DNA of 64,000 nucleotides from an uncultured Actinomycetes bacterium (lineage in GTDB: Bacteria; Actinomycetota; UBA4738; HRBIN12). The notes beneath the pieces were generated by a model that did no database searches, was not told where the DNA came from, and saw nothing but the letters and a program-made list of their open reading frames with translations. Positions 42,862-52,059 of the stretch are shown piece by piece. The stretch covers positions 221,702-285,701 of the forward strand of contig CAVSFP010000009.1 of NCBI GenBank assembly GCA_963727185.1, read 5' to 3'. The stretch's first letter is position 1, and the number at the start of each line of letters is the position of its first letter. Position numbers and translations under genes: made by a program.

Positions 42862-45765
42862 TCAGGATCCCGGGTGGCCGGATGGGAACTTCGAGGCCAG
42901 CTCCGTGCGGGAGCGGATGCCCAGCTTGCGGTAGATCCGCTTGAGATTGGCTTCCACGGTATGGACGCTGACGAACAGGGCGTCGGCCACCTCTCGGTTG
43001 GTGCTCCCGGCGGCGACCAGCTCCGCGACCCTGGCCTCGGTCGGGGTCAGGTCCACCGAGGAGGCGGCCCGTCCGCCGATCCGGGCAAGCTCGGCACGCG
43101 TCCGTTCCGCCCACTCCGCGGCGCCGAGCCGCTCGAAGATCTCCAGAGCCTGCGTGAGCGTGTCCCGAGCCTCACGCTTCCTCTTGGCCCGGCGCTGCAC
43201 CGCTCCCCTCACCAACAGCGTCCGACCCAGCTCGAACGGAAGGGGCAGGCGATCGTGTTGACGGACGGCATCATCGGCTGCATCAGATGCACCTTGGAGG
43301 TCACCCCGGGCCGCCAACACGAGCGCCCGGCATCTGGCTCCCGTCGCCATAGCCCATGCCCGATCGAGGCTTCGGCCGGCCTCCTCGAAGGGGGCGAGGA
43401 GCGACTCGGCCTCGTCGAGCCGCCCGAGGGCGACGAGCGCCTCGACCTCGTCCGGGACGACCCGGAAGTAGGCGGGCTCCCGAACGCCCATCGCTTGCTC
43501 GAGCTCGACGGCCCTGGACAGATACGCATCGGCCTCGGCGGGTCGACCCAGGGAAAGCTCGAGGAACCCCAGGACCGCCAGGTTCGGGATCAAGGGGAGC
43601 ATCTCGTCGGCCGCTTCGGCGAGGCGCAGCCCTTCAAGGGCTTCCAGCCTCGCCGGGTCGGCCCGCCCCAGATGGGCTTCCACCAGGCCCACCGCGAAGT
43701 GAGCCATCGACGAGAAGGACCCCATGGCTTGCCGCTGGGCGGCCGCCTTGCTTTCGCGGGCGTGTTCCATGGCTGCATCCCAATTCCCCGCCCGGCATTC
43801 CAGCTCCGCGAGGTGATACAGGATCTGAGGGACCGGGCTCTCGACACCATGCGCCGAGGCACCAGCCAGGAGCTCGTTGAACGTCCGGCGGGCCTCGTCC
43901 AGGCGGTCGGTGAACTTGAGGAGTTGAGCGAGGACGAAGCTCGCGCGCAGGACGTATGAGATTAACTCCCCCGACATATGCCCCTCCAGGGCTATGCCAC
44001 GATCCAGCAGCTCGTGATCGACTCCCCGCCCCAGGAGGAACTCGACGAATGGATACGCCTGGCAGGCTTCGGCCATCACCCGTGGGTCCTGCAGCTCCTC
44101 GGCCAGCTCCAGCGCCGCGCGAGCGTGCCGTTCCGATGCCGCGAGGTCTCCTATGAACAACCGGGCGTACCCGAGATTTTGCTCGACACGTGCTTTCAAA
44201 GCGAGATCGTCTCCCACCTCGTTCGAGGCAGCCGAGAAGATGTCCACGGCCCGCCGCCAGCCTTCCTCCGCCGCAACGACCTGGCCCAGATCGAGTAGCA
44301 CCCTTGCCCGAGGCGGCCCGTGGGTCGAAAGGTTCACCGCTTGCTCGAGGACGCTCCGCGCCAGCGAGGTGTCTCCGCACTCGTAGTGAGCCACGCCCGC
44401 CTGGTGGGTCCGACGCACCAGGTCCTCGCCTCGATCCCGCGGCGTAGCGCGGCGGGCCATCTCCCAGAGCTCGGCCGCGGATTGCGGCGCTCCCCGGGAG
44501 GAGGCCAGCAGGGCGGCCTCCTCGAGGGCGGCGGCGACGGCGACGTCCGGGCCCTCGACGGACAGAGCCAGGTGGCGGGCTCGTTCCTCCGGATCGAGGA
44601 CGATCGTCGCGAGCCGCGCGTGCAGCTCGCGACGCCGGGCAGGCGGGATCTTCTGATAGACGGCTGAAGCAAGGAGAGGGTGCGTGAACCGGAGCCCGTC
44701 GCCGACGACCTCCACGACGTCGTTGTCGATGGCAGGACCCAGACGATCGTCAACCCCGCGCGAAGGAGCGATCGCCGCAGCGATCGCATCGAACGTCGGA
44801 GCCGACAGGGCCGAGACGATCTCCAGGGCTTCGATGGTCCGCGCAGGGAGCCCCCCGAGGCGATCCTCGATGAGCTCTTGGAGGCGGTCAGGGATCGGGA
44901 GCTCTTCGCCGGCCGTCACGTCACCTCCGCGGCGAAGGAGCGCCAATCCGATCTCTCGTGCGAAGAAGGGATTGCCTCCCGACATCTGGTGGAGGCTGAG
45001 GAGCGTGGTTCGGGAGAACCCTTCCCCCACCTTGGCCCGAAGCACCCGTTCGAGGGCGTCCTGCGACAGCGGTCCGACGTGGACGGCGTGCACTCGATCC
45101 TCGGCGAACGCCGACACGACGCCCAGGGGGTCGTCATCGGCACTGGCGCCTCGAGCGGCCGTCATCAAACCGACCTGCTCGTCCTTCAGGCGCCGCACGA
45201 CGAACTGGAGCACCCGGACCGAAGGGATGTCCATCCATTGGACGTCATCGACGGCCACCACCACGGGAGAGGTGGAGGCCACCGATCGGAGGCATCCGAG
45301 CACGGCCAGGGAAACGGCCCGCTGGTCGGCTCGGGCGCCCGATCTCGGGGAGCGCAAGAGGGCCACCTCGAGGGCCTGACGCTGTGGCTCGGGCACGGCG
45401 GGAAGTGCCTCCTCGAGGACGGGCTCGAGGAGGTCACCGAGGGCAGCGTAGGACAGGCGTGTCTCGGCCTCGACCGGGCGGCATGAGAGCGTGCGGTAGC
45501 GCTGTTGCAGGGCACCCGCCAGCCCCTCCTGCCATACGGTCGTCTTCCCGATGCCGGGATCACCGGATAGGAGCAGGGCGCTCGGGCCGGTCGGGATCGA
45601 GTCCAGGAAGCGATCGAGGATCGCGAGCTCGGACTCGCGCCCGATGACGTTATCTGCCAAAGGCGCTCTCCCGCGTCGGTGGACGCCAGGATTGTAAGGA
45701 TGGCGGGGCCAACCTTGCAGACCCGTCGAGGCTCGCACGGTCGGCGGTACCCGCCATCGCGCCAA
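42862..45765 (-). CDS. LAL-type regulator (P-loop NTPase + TPR + LuxR HTH), copy 2, intact
   Basis: 967-aa ORF with the same Walker A/B motifs and C-terminal GerE HTH as copy 1. The likely true start is TTG 45660 (..LADNVIGRESELAIL), homologous to the copy-1 start and downstream of the conserved TACAAT box. Confidence 0.85.
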   Translation of the reverse strand: MARWRVPPTVRASTGLQGWPRHPYNPGVHRRGRAPLADNVIGRESELAILDRFLDSIPTGPSALLLSGDPGIGKTTVWQEGLAGALQQRYRTLSCRPVEAETRLSYAALGDLLEPVLEEALPAVPEPQRQALEVALLRSPRSGARADQRAVSLAVLGCLRSVASTSPVVVAVDDVQWMDIPSVRVLQFVVRRLKDEQVGLMTAARGASADDDPLGVVSAFAEDRVHAVHVGPLSQDALERVLRAKVGEGFSRTTLLSLHQMSGGNPFFAREIGLALLRRGGDVTAGEELPIPDRLQELIEDRLGGLPARTIEALEIVSALSAPTFDAIAAAIAPSRGVDDRLGPAIDNDVVEVVGDGLRFTHPLLASAVYQKIPPARRRELHARLATIVLDPEERARHLALSVEGPDVAVAAALEEAALLASSRGAPQSAAELWEMARRATPRDRGEDLVRRTHQAGVAHYECGDTSLARSVLEQAVNLSTHGPPRARVLLDLGQVVAAEEGWRRAVDIFSAASNEVGDDLALKARVEQNLGYARLFIGDLAASERHARAALELAEELQDPRVMAEACQAYPFVEFLLGRGVDHELLDRGIALEGHMSGELISYVLRASFVLAQLLKFTDRLDEARRTFNELLAGASAHGVESPVPQILYHLAELECRAGNWDAAMEHARESKAAAQRQAMGSFSSMAHFAVGLVEAHLGRADPARLEALEGLRLAEAADEMLPLIPNLAVLGFLELSLGRPAEADAYLSRAVELEQAMGVREPAYFRVVPDEVEALVALGRLDEAESLLAPFEEAGRSLDRAWAMATGARCRALVLAARGDLQGASDAADDAVRQHDRLPLPFELGRTLLVRGAVQRRAKRKREARDTLTQALEIFERLGAAEWAERTRAELARIGGRAASSVDLTPTEARVAELVAAGSTNREVADALFVSVHTVEANLKRIYRKLGIRSRTELASKFPSGHPGS

Positions 45766-45837
45766 GCCTCGAAGTCACCTTCGGAGATCGTGCGGCGAGT
45801 TGAGGGAGTCCTCTCGAAAGGATCGTCGAACCCCATT

Positions 45838-45892
45838 GGACACGGACTCCGATTCCTGAACCACATGGGACACGGACTCCGATTCCTGAACC
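45838..45892. repeat. 25-nt motif GGACACGGACTCCGATTCCTGAACC repeated twice with 30-bp period in the divergent LAL/cyclase intergenic region
   Basis: Read directly from the sequence, with copies at about 45,838-45,862 and 45,868-45,892. It is absent from the equivalent copy-1 intergenic region. Confidence 0.85.
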
Positions 45893-46035
45893 GCCAATGG
45901 CCTATCCCCAAAAGCGCTTCGTGCGACGTACAACCGCCGTGATCTAGAGTTCGGTGAGGCAGTGCCTACACGTCCAGCCGAGGGTAAGGGTTGTACGCGT
46001 GGTCGGCGCGGTAGGTGAGAGCTGGAGGGTGCTTC

Positions 46036-47292
46036 ATGATCGCGGACACCTCGATCGGCCCAGATGAGCTCGCCTCTCGCGCCAACGTCACCCGCGAGCG
46101 GGTCGACGAGCTGGCGAAGCTCGGCCTGATCGAGGCGCATGGCGATCGATTCGTGGCGGCGGACGTTGGCCGGATCGCCGTCGTCGAAGCCCTCGTCGGT
46201 TCCGGCGTTCCGCTGGCGGATCTCGTCGAGACCGCTGCCGCCGGCGTGGTGTCGCTCGCGTGGTTCGAAGGCGTGCTACCCCCGTCCCCCCCACTCGGTG
46301 CCAGAACGTATCGAGAGGTGCTCGAAGAGCTCGACCTGCCAGCCGCTCTCGTCTGCACCCTGTTCGAAATCTGGGGTGTCACCCAGCCGCCGCTCGATGA
46401 CCGCATCCGGGCGGACGACGAGCGACTGTTCCGCTTCCTTGCGCCTTCCTATGAAACGCTCGGCCGCGCCGATGAGAAGTTCCTCGAAGCAACGCGGCAC
46501 TTCGGCGACAACGCGCGTCGAAGCGCCGAGGCCCAGATCGACTTCTATCGTCGCAGGATCTTGGAACCGCTCCTCGCGTCGGGTCTCTCCTTGAAAGAGA
46601 TCGTGGAGAGGATCAATCCGATCACGAGCAAGGTGATGCGACCGGGCGTTCACGAACTCCTCCTTTGGCTTAACCGGCGTCACGTCGACGCCCTGAACAT
46701 GCAGATGCTCGTCCAGCTCGTCGAGACGGCTTTGCTCGACGCGGGCGTCGAGATTGCCCGCGAGCAACGACACCCCGCGATCGCGTTCCTCGATCTGTCG
46801 GGCTTCACTCGGTTAACCGAGGAGGCCGGCGACGAACAGGCCGTCTCGCTCGCCACGAACCTATCCGATGTCGTTAGGACTGCGGCCCTGAAGTTCGGCG
46901 GCATCGCCGTCAAGTTGTTGGGGGATGGAGTGATGTTCCACTTCCCTGATCCGGCGGACGCGGTGCGCTGTGCCTTGTACCTGCTGCCCGAAGCGGCCAG
47001 GCGCCAGCTTCCGCCGGCGCGGGTTGGCGTACACGCGGGACCGGTCGTGTTCCGAGACGGTGACTACTTCGGGCGGACGGTGAATCTGGCCTCCAGGATC
47101 ACGGATTACGCGCGACCGGGTGAGGTTGTCGTGTCCCAGTCGGTGGTTCAGTCGGTGGGCGAGGTGGAGGGCGTAGCATTCCAACCGATCGGGCCCGTGG
47201 CGCTCAAAGGTATCTTGGAACCCATCGTCCTCCACGTGGCACGGGGCCCTATCGGAGCAGGGCCGGTGCCGGGCTCATCTTCTGCCGCGTAG
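46036..47292 (+). CDS. class III adenylate/guanylate cyclase with N-terminal HTH-like (MerR-type?) and helical domains
   Basis: GGAGGG lies 7 nt upstream of ATG 46036. The N-terminus MIADTSIGPDELASRANVTRERVDELAKLGLI is HTH-like. The C-terminal cyclase domain reads AIAFLDLSGFTRLTEEAGDE...KLLGDGVMFHFPDP...RVGVHAGPVVFRDGDYFGRTVNLASRI. Confidence 0.8.
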   Translation: MIADTSIGPDELASRANVTRERVDELAKLGLIEAHGDRFVAADVGRIAVVEALVGSGVPLADLVETAAAGVVSLAWFEGVLPPSPPLGARTYREVLEELDLPAALVCTLFEIWGVTQPPLDDRIRADDERLFRFLAPSYETLGRADEKFLEATRHFGDNARRSAEAQIDFYRRRILEPLLASGLSLKEIVERINPITSKVMRPGVHELLLWLNRRHVDALNMQMLVQLVETALLDAGVEIAREQRHPAIAFLDLSGFTRLTEEAGDEQAVSLATNLSDVVRTAALKFGGIAVKLLGDGVMFHFPDPADAVRCALYLLPEAARRQLPPARVGVHAGPVVFRDGDYFGRTVNLASRITDYARPGEVVVSQSVVQSVGEVEGVAFQPIGPVALKGILEPIVLHVARGPIGAGPVPGSSSAA

Positions 47293-47782
47293 ACCGCCGC
47301 CCTGGAGTCTGGTCGGACTCCGATGCACGGCGTGCGTCGATGTCTTCGGGTCCCGACGGCACCTTATGCTCGAATTGCCAGGGGTGCCTTCGCCGGTAAC
47401 GCCACACCCGGATGCGGTGGCGCAAGGCGTATGAAGTGGAAGTCACGCGCTCTCATGGGTTCGCAACTACCCCACTCCGGGTCAGACGAAACAGCAAACC
47501 TCGCTTTGGCCGGAGGGGTTAGAGGCGTCCACCGCCGGGATATGACCTTGAGAGGCTGAGGGGAGCGGGCACCCGGGGAGCCCTCTTCCCCGGTCCCCTC
47601 GGCCGTTCGCCTCCGTGTGTAATCCGGGCCTGGGGCCGATCCGAGCCGCCGTCGCCGTCCCCGCGGGAACCGGCTGCGAAGCCTCGATTCTGATGGTCCT
47701 GATCGCGAGGAGCCGCGTGGCCCTACATGGAGCGGCCGCGCGGCGGGACGGTGGCACCGGAACGGAGAGGAGATGAACATCC

Positions 47783-48547
47783 ATGCCTGTTCCTGATCCC
47801 TCATTCGGTTGGCAGGACGCCACCGCTGCCTTCGCCATCATCGCGGTCGTGGCGTTCTTGGTGACCTGGGTTGTGACCGACCTCGGTCACGTGTCGCGGA
47901 CACCCTACGTGGCGATCCTCACGCTGATGACGCTCGCCCTTGCGGCTGGTTACCTCGTTTGGTCAGGTACGTCGGTGGCCGACCTCGTAACGACGGGGTG
48001 GGTCTGGGGCATCCTCGGAGGTCTGGTTGCAGCCGGGGTGGTTACGCCTCTCGTGCGTCGTTTGCCCTCAGGACGACCTCGACCTGAAGGTTCTCAGCTC
48101 GTTGGACGGCTCCTCTGGGAAGGGGTCGTGTACGGATTCGCGGAAGCAGTCCTGCTCGCCACCCTGCCGGTCCTAGCTGTTTGGCAGGCGACCGAGGCAC
48201 TCGGATGGACGGACACCACTTGGGCGAAGGTGGGCTCGGGCGCACTCGCAGTGGTCGGAGCGCTGTTCGTGGTCTTGGTCCACCACCTCGGATACCGGGA
48301 GTTCCGGGCGAGGGCCCATAGGAAGATGCTCTCGGGTGCGCTGGTGGGCTGCGGCATCCAGGCGTTGGCGTTCCTTCTGACGGGCAATGTGCTCGCCCCG
48401 ATCGTCGCCCACATCGTGCTGCACGGGCAGTTGACGCTCCGTGGCATCGAGATGCCTCCCACGTCGCACCCGGAGCCGGTTTCCAGTGGCGCAGACCGCG
48501 CGCGCGTCACCAAGGTCCCCGCACCGGAGAAGGAGCTAGTCGCGTAA
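47783..48547 (+). CDS. integral membrane protein, possibly a distant CPBP (CAAX-protease-like) family member
   Basis: 254 aa with about 6 TM helices. Weak CPBP-like motifs are present (WEGVVYGFAEAV; VLVHHLGY; APIVAHIVLH). A GGAGAGGAG RBS lies upstream. Confidence 0.45.
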   Translation: MPVPDPSFGWQDATAAFAIIAVVAFLVTWVVTDLGHVSRTPYVAILTLMTLALAAGYLVWSGTSVADLVTTGWVWGILGGLVAAGVVTPLVRRLPSGRPRPEGSQLVGRLLWEGVVYGFAEAVLLATLPVLAVWQATEALGWTDTTWAKVGSGALAVVGALFVVLVHHLGYREFRARAHRKMLSGALVGCGIQALAFLLTGNVLAPIVAHIVLHGQLTLRGIEMPPTSHPEPVSSGADRARVTKVPAPEKELVA

Positions 48548-48784
48548 GGAAGTCCGAGAACCCGCCAAGGATCACTTAGATGTGGAGTCAGCACGCGCCC
48601 CGGCGCGGGCAACCCCCATTAACCAGCTGAGCGCTCGTCCCCCACACACGCCTCGGAGGCGCCCCGGAGGGCCGAGGCGCCTCGACACGGATGGTACTCA
48701 GCAGCAGTCGGGCGGACAGCAATCGGGCGGGCAACCGGGATCCTGCATCGGACTTCGCCTCCTCTCACATCGATGGTGGTCGAT

Positions 48785-48817
48785 ATATTGACCAAAGAGA
48801 TAGACGGCTGTCAATAT
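48785..48817. promoter_or_regulatory. inverted repeat ATATTGAC-N17-GTCAATAT overlapping a TTGACC(-35)/CAATAT(-10)-like promoter and the arsR start
   Basis: Read directly from the sequence. The right arm overlaps ATG 48816. The spacing would place a transcription start near GTG 48825, suggesting a possible leaderless mRNA. Confidence 0.45.
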
Positions 48818-49169
48818 GTGCGTCGTGAAGCTCATCCAGCAGATCGACGCAACCTGTTGCCCCTCGTTCGCCGAGGCACCTCTCGGCGATCGGGAGGCCG
48901 AGGGCCTCGCCGCAGCGCTCCGCGTCGTCGCAGATCCGACGCGCCTTCGGCTGCTCAGCCTGATCGCAGCCAGCCCGAACCGGGAGGGATGCGTATGTGA
49001 CCTCACGGCGCACCTAGGTTTGTCGCAACCCACGGTCTCGCATCACCTCAAGGTGCTGAGTGAAGCCGGAATCCTCTATCGCGACAAACGCGGCCGCTGG
49101 GTCTACTACCGGATCAACACCGAACCGCTGGCGGCGTTGCAGGCGGCACTGACGCCGGCGTTCGCGTAG
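48816..49169 (+). CDS. arsR: ArsR/SmtB-family metalloregulator
   Basis: The HTH reads LGLSQPTVSHHLKVLSEAGIL. A CVC motif in GCVCDL corresponds to the As(III)-binding ELCVCDL of R773 ArsR. An additional N-terminal CC pair (DATCCPS) is present. An alternative start is GTG 48825. Confidence 0.85.
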   Translation: MCVVKLIQQIDATCCPSFAEAPLGDREAEGLAAALRVVADPTRLRLLSLIAASPNREGCVCDLTAHLGLSQPTVSHHLKVLSEAGILYRDKRGRWVYYRINTEPLAALQAALTPAFA

Positions 49170-49192
49170 GCACCCGGCGGGCCGATGGACAT

Positions 49193-50311
49193 GTGTCGAT
49201 GAGCGTGGACTGGAACCCGCTGCCCAGCTTGCTTCCACCCGTGATCGTCGTCGGTGGCGGCCAGTCGGGTCTGGCGGCCGCCCGAGCTCTGCGCGAGCTA
49301 CAGATGCCGACCGTGATCCTGGAGGCGAGCGACCGTCCAACCGGATCGTGGCCTCGCTACTACGACAGCCTGCGCGTGTTCTCGCCGGCTGCATACAGCT
49401 CGATGCCAGGGATGCCCTTTCCGGGTGCGCCTGATCGCTACCCAGGTCGTGATGAGGTGAGCGATTACCTGGAGCAGTACGCCGCCCGGCTCGACGTCGA
49501 GATCCAGACCAACACCCGCGTCGAGACGATCCGGCAGGACCGAATGGCGTTCCTCGTCCTGACCGGGGACGGACGTGAACTGCCCGCATCAGGCATCGTG
49601 GCCGCGAGCGGGTCGTTCTCGAACCCCTATCGCCCGAGCTTCGTGGGCGAGGAATCCTTCGTTCGCGAGCTGTCGCACGTCGCCGACTACCGCAACCCGA
49701 CGCCGTATGCCGGCAAGCGAGTGATCGTCGTTGGAGCGGGCGACTCCGCCGCGCAGGTCGCCAACGAACTCGCACCGGTCGCGGCGGTCACGATCGCCAC
49801 CCGCCATCCCTTGCGGTTCATCCCCCAACGGCTGCGGGGCCAAGACGTGCACTACTGGCTTCGCAGGACGGGGTTCGACACCTTGCCGGCGGTCTGGTTG
49901 AGCAAGATCACCGGGGGCAGCGTGGTGACCGACAGCGTCGGGTTCGAGCAGACTCTCGCTGAGGGCCGCGTCGATCGCCGTCCGATGTTCGTCGCGCTCG
50001 ACGGAGAGCGGGTCGTCTGGAGCGACGGCCAACGGGAACCGGTCGACGCGATCATCCTCGCCACCGGATACCGGCCCGGTTTGCACTACCTGCGCCAACT
50101 CGGGTCTCTGGACGAACACGGAACTCCGCTGCACGTCGGCGGCATCTCATCGACGAACCTCGGCTTGGTCTACGTCGGCTTGGAGTTCCAGCGCTCCTAT
50201 GCCTCAAACACGCTCAGGGGCGTCAGCGAGGACGCGAGAGCGGTGATCGCACCGCTCGTCTCTTGGATCCGCGACGCGCCCACCACGGTCGGACTTGGAC
50301 CGCCGCCTTGA
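49193..50311 (+). CDS. FAD/NAD(P)-binding flavin monooxygenase-like oxidoreductase (ArsO-like)
   Basis: VIVVGGGQSGLAAA is an FAD GxGxxG motif. A second dinucleotide motif is VIVVGAGDSAAQVA. It lies directly downstream of arsR. Confidence 0.7.
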   Translation: MSMSVDWNPLPSLLPPVIVVGGGQSGLAAARALRELQMPTVILEASDRPTGSWPRYYDSLRVFSPAAYSSMPGMPFPGAPDRYPGRDEVSDYLEQYAARLDVEIQTNTRVETIRQDRMAFLVLTGDGRELPASGIVAASGSFSNPYRPSFVGEESFVRELSHVADYRNPTPYAGKRVIVVGAGDSAAQVANELAPVAAVTIATRHPLRFIPQRLRGQDVHYWLRRTGFDTLPAVWLSKITGGSVVTDSVGFEQTLAEGRVDRRPMFVALDGERVVWSDGQREPVDAIILATGYRPGLHYLRQLGSLDEHGTPLHVGGISSTNLGLVYVGLEFQRSYASNTLRGVSEDARAVIAPLVSWIRDAPTTVGLGPPP

Positions 50312-50473
50312 GATCACGCTGACAAGAGGGTCCCCCTTTGAGCGGCGTCCACTCCCGGGCTGCATGAAGGACGCGTCGACAGCCAAACTGACAGCAAAGC
50401 GTATCGACGTTGGCGGGCGACGCCGGACGCTAGAAACTCAACGGGTACCCACGCCTGCATCCTGAGCCTCCTT

Positions 50474-50491
50474 GCCGTCTGACCGTGTGTC
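50474..50491 (+). repeat. 18-bp exact direct repeat, left copy (GCCGTCTGACCGTGTGTC) at the left edge of the lower-GC island
   Basis: It is identical to 61493-61510. Confidence 0.9.
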
Positions 50492-50578
50492 ACGGCGAAG
50501 CCAGCAGACGGGCCATCCGAAGTCCGTGCTCGGCGAGTGGTTCGCCAAGGCAAAGACCGACCGCTGATAATCGTAAGC

Positions 50579-50965
50579 TCATGCACGTTCATTGGCCCCA
50601 TCTCCAAGCCAAACGATTGCGTCTATCTCGACGTCGAACCCGATTAGATTCGACTGAATCGCTGTTCTGGCGGGCAGCGGCTCGATGAAATGCTTGCGAT
50701 ACTCCTCATCCATCTCTTCCCAGTCGCCGAGGTCCCTTAGATAGACGCCTACACGAACGGCGTTCGTTATCGACCCGCCCTCGGCACGGGCAGTCGCATC
50801 TAGGTTCGTCAGTGCCTGTCTGACCTGATCCGCGACCGATACGCCAACACGATTGCCTTGATTGTCAAATGGCCCCTGGCCGGTGAGGAACAGGAAGTCA
50901 CCCACCCGGATTCCCTGTGAGTAAGAGCCCGAAACCGGAGGAGCCTCGCTAGACGTTGCTTGCAT
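50579..50965 (-). CDS. RidA/YjgF/Endoribonuclease L-PSP family protein
   Basis: SGSYSQGIRVGDFLFLTGQGPFD...ALTNLDATARAEGGSITNAVRVGVYL...PARTAIQSN...VEIDAIV matches the family pattern and is intact. Confidence 0.85.
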   Translation of the reverse strand: MQATSSEAPPVSGSYSQGIRVGDFLFLTGQGPFDNQGNRVGVSVADQVRQALTNLDATARAEGGSITNAVRVGVYLRDLGDWEEMDEEYRKHFIEPLPARTAIQSNLIGFDVEIDAIVWLGDGANERA

Positions 50966-51053
50966 GCGCCTCATTCATCGCTCCCGTCACTTGTCGGTGT
51001 CAACCCCAGTCGTGCGGTCACTCTGGAACAACCATCCACTTGAAGCGCCCAAA

Positions 51054-52019
51054 TCATCCGTATCGGACTCGCGGGTCGAGGAAGGCGTACAATATGTCAA
51101 CGATCACGTTGGCAGACACGATGAAGAATGTGCCCAGAAGAGTGACGCCTGCGATCGCTGGTATGTCTGCCGCCCTCACCGCCTGGTAGGCGTAGAGTCC
51201 GATACCCGGAAGATTGAAGATGGTCTCGACGACCACTGCCCCCCCCAGAAGTAGAGCAAGATCGAGACCGAATAATGTGACAATGGGCGTCAAGGCACTC
51301 CTGAGCCCGTGCCTGAGGATGATCCGTCGCTCAGTTAACCCCTTTGCTCGCGCGGTCCGGATGTAGTCTTGGTGCATGACCTCAATGAGATTGCCACGGG
51401 TCATCCGCGCGTACCAGGCTGCGTAGCCCAGGGCGAGGGCAAACCACGGCAGGACCAGATGGCAACCCCAAGATGCCGGACTTACCGAAAATGGAACGTA
51501 TCCTGGGCCGCAGACAAGATGCAGCTTGAACCAGAAGAAATACAGCAGAAGTAGCGATAGCCACACCACGTACATCGAAACGCCGACGAGCGCGAACAGC
51601 ATCGCCACCCTGTCGACAAGCGATCCCTGCCGTGTCGCAGAGATGATTCCGATCGGAATGCCCATCAACAGCCAGATCAACGTAGCACCCGCTGCGAGAG
51701 AGATCGTCACCGGAAGCCGCTCAATGAGCTCCGTGCGAACGGGCACGAAGTTTTGGAAATGAGAAGCCAAGACCCGGCCAGCCGTACTGGTCACCGAGGA
51801 ATAGGCGTCGGATGAAGAGGCCGTACTGAACGAGCCGTGGTCGATCGGTGCCGAAGATATGTCGCAAGATCGCGATCGTCCGAGGCGTGGCACTCGCCTG
51901 GCAGCGAGCCTTGCGGGATCGGCCGCGGGGAGCAAGAAGAAAACGGCGAAGACAACCGCGCTCACCAGCAGGAGCGTGATGAAGGCCCAAAGCATCCGCC
52001 GCAAGATGTACCGACTCAT
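51054..52019 (-). pseudogene. DppB/OppB-type ABC permease with an internal out-of-frame segment
   Basis: The long ORF is open. However, residues ~40-95 (RRVPRLGRSRSCDISSAPIDHGSF...) are nonsense. The expected sequence (ATPRTIAILRHIFGTDRPRLVQYGLFIRRLFLGDQYGWPGLGFSF) sits in another frame (ORF 51721..51990). Two compensating indels are implied. Confidence 0.6.
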
Positions 52020-52059
52020 GGTCGCGTCATCCCATCCTCGGAGGGATGGACGTCCTCAT

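Noticed and set aside
38062-47292. The cyclases as part of a Pycsar/CBASS-like cyclic-nucleotide defence system.
   Set aside because: The cyclases are ordinary class III CHD domains fused to sensor-type domains. No effector with a cyclic-nucleotide-binding, TIR, patatin or nuclease domain is adjacent. The large neighbour ends in a DNA-binding HTH, which points to a transcription-regulatory role.
47293-47782. A 490-bp intergenic region with several hairpins (for example CCGGGGA-N7-TCCCCGG at about 47,571-47,591, and a CTGAG-containing stretch) as a possible riboswitch upstream of the membrane-protein gene.
   Set aside because: I could not match it to any riboswitch consensus I know (TPP, SAM, c-di-AMP, guanidine). 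This is left as unassigned rather than claimed.
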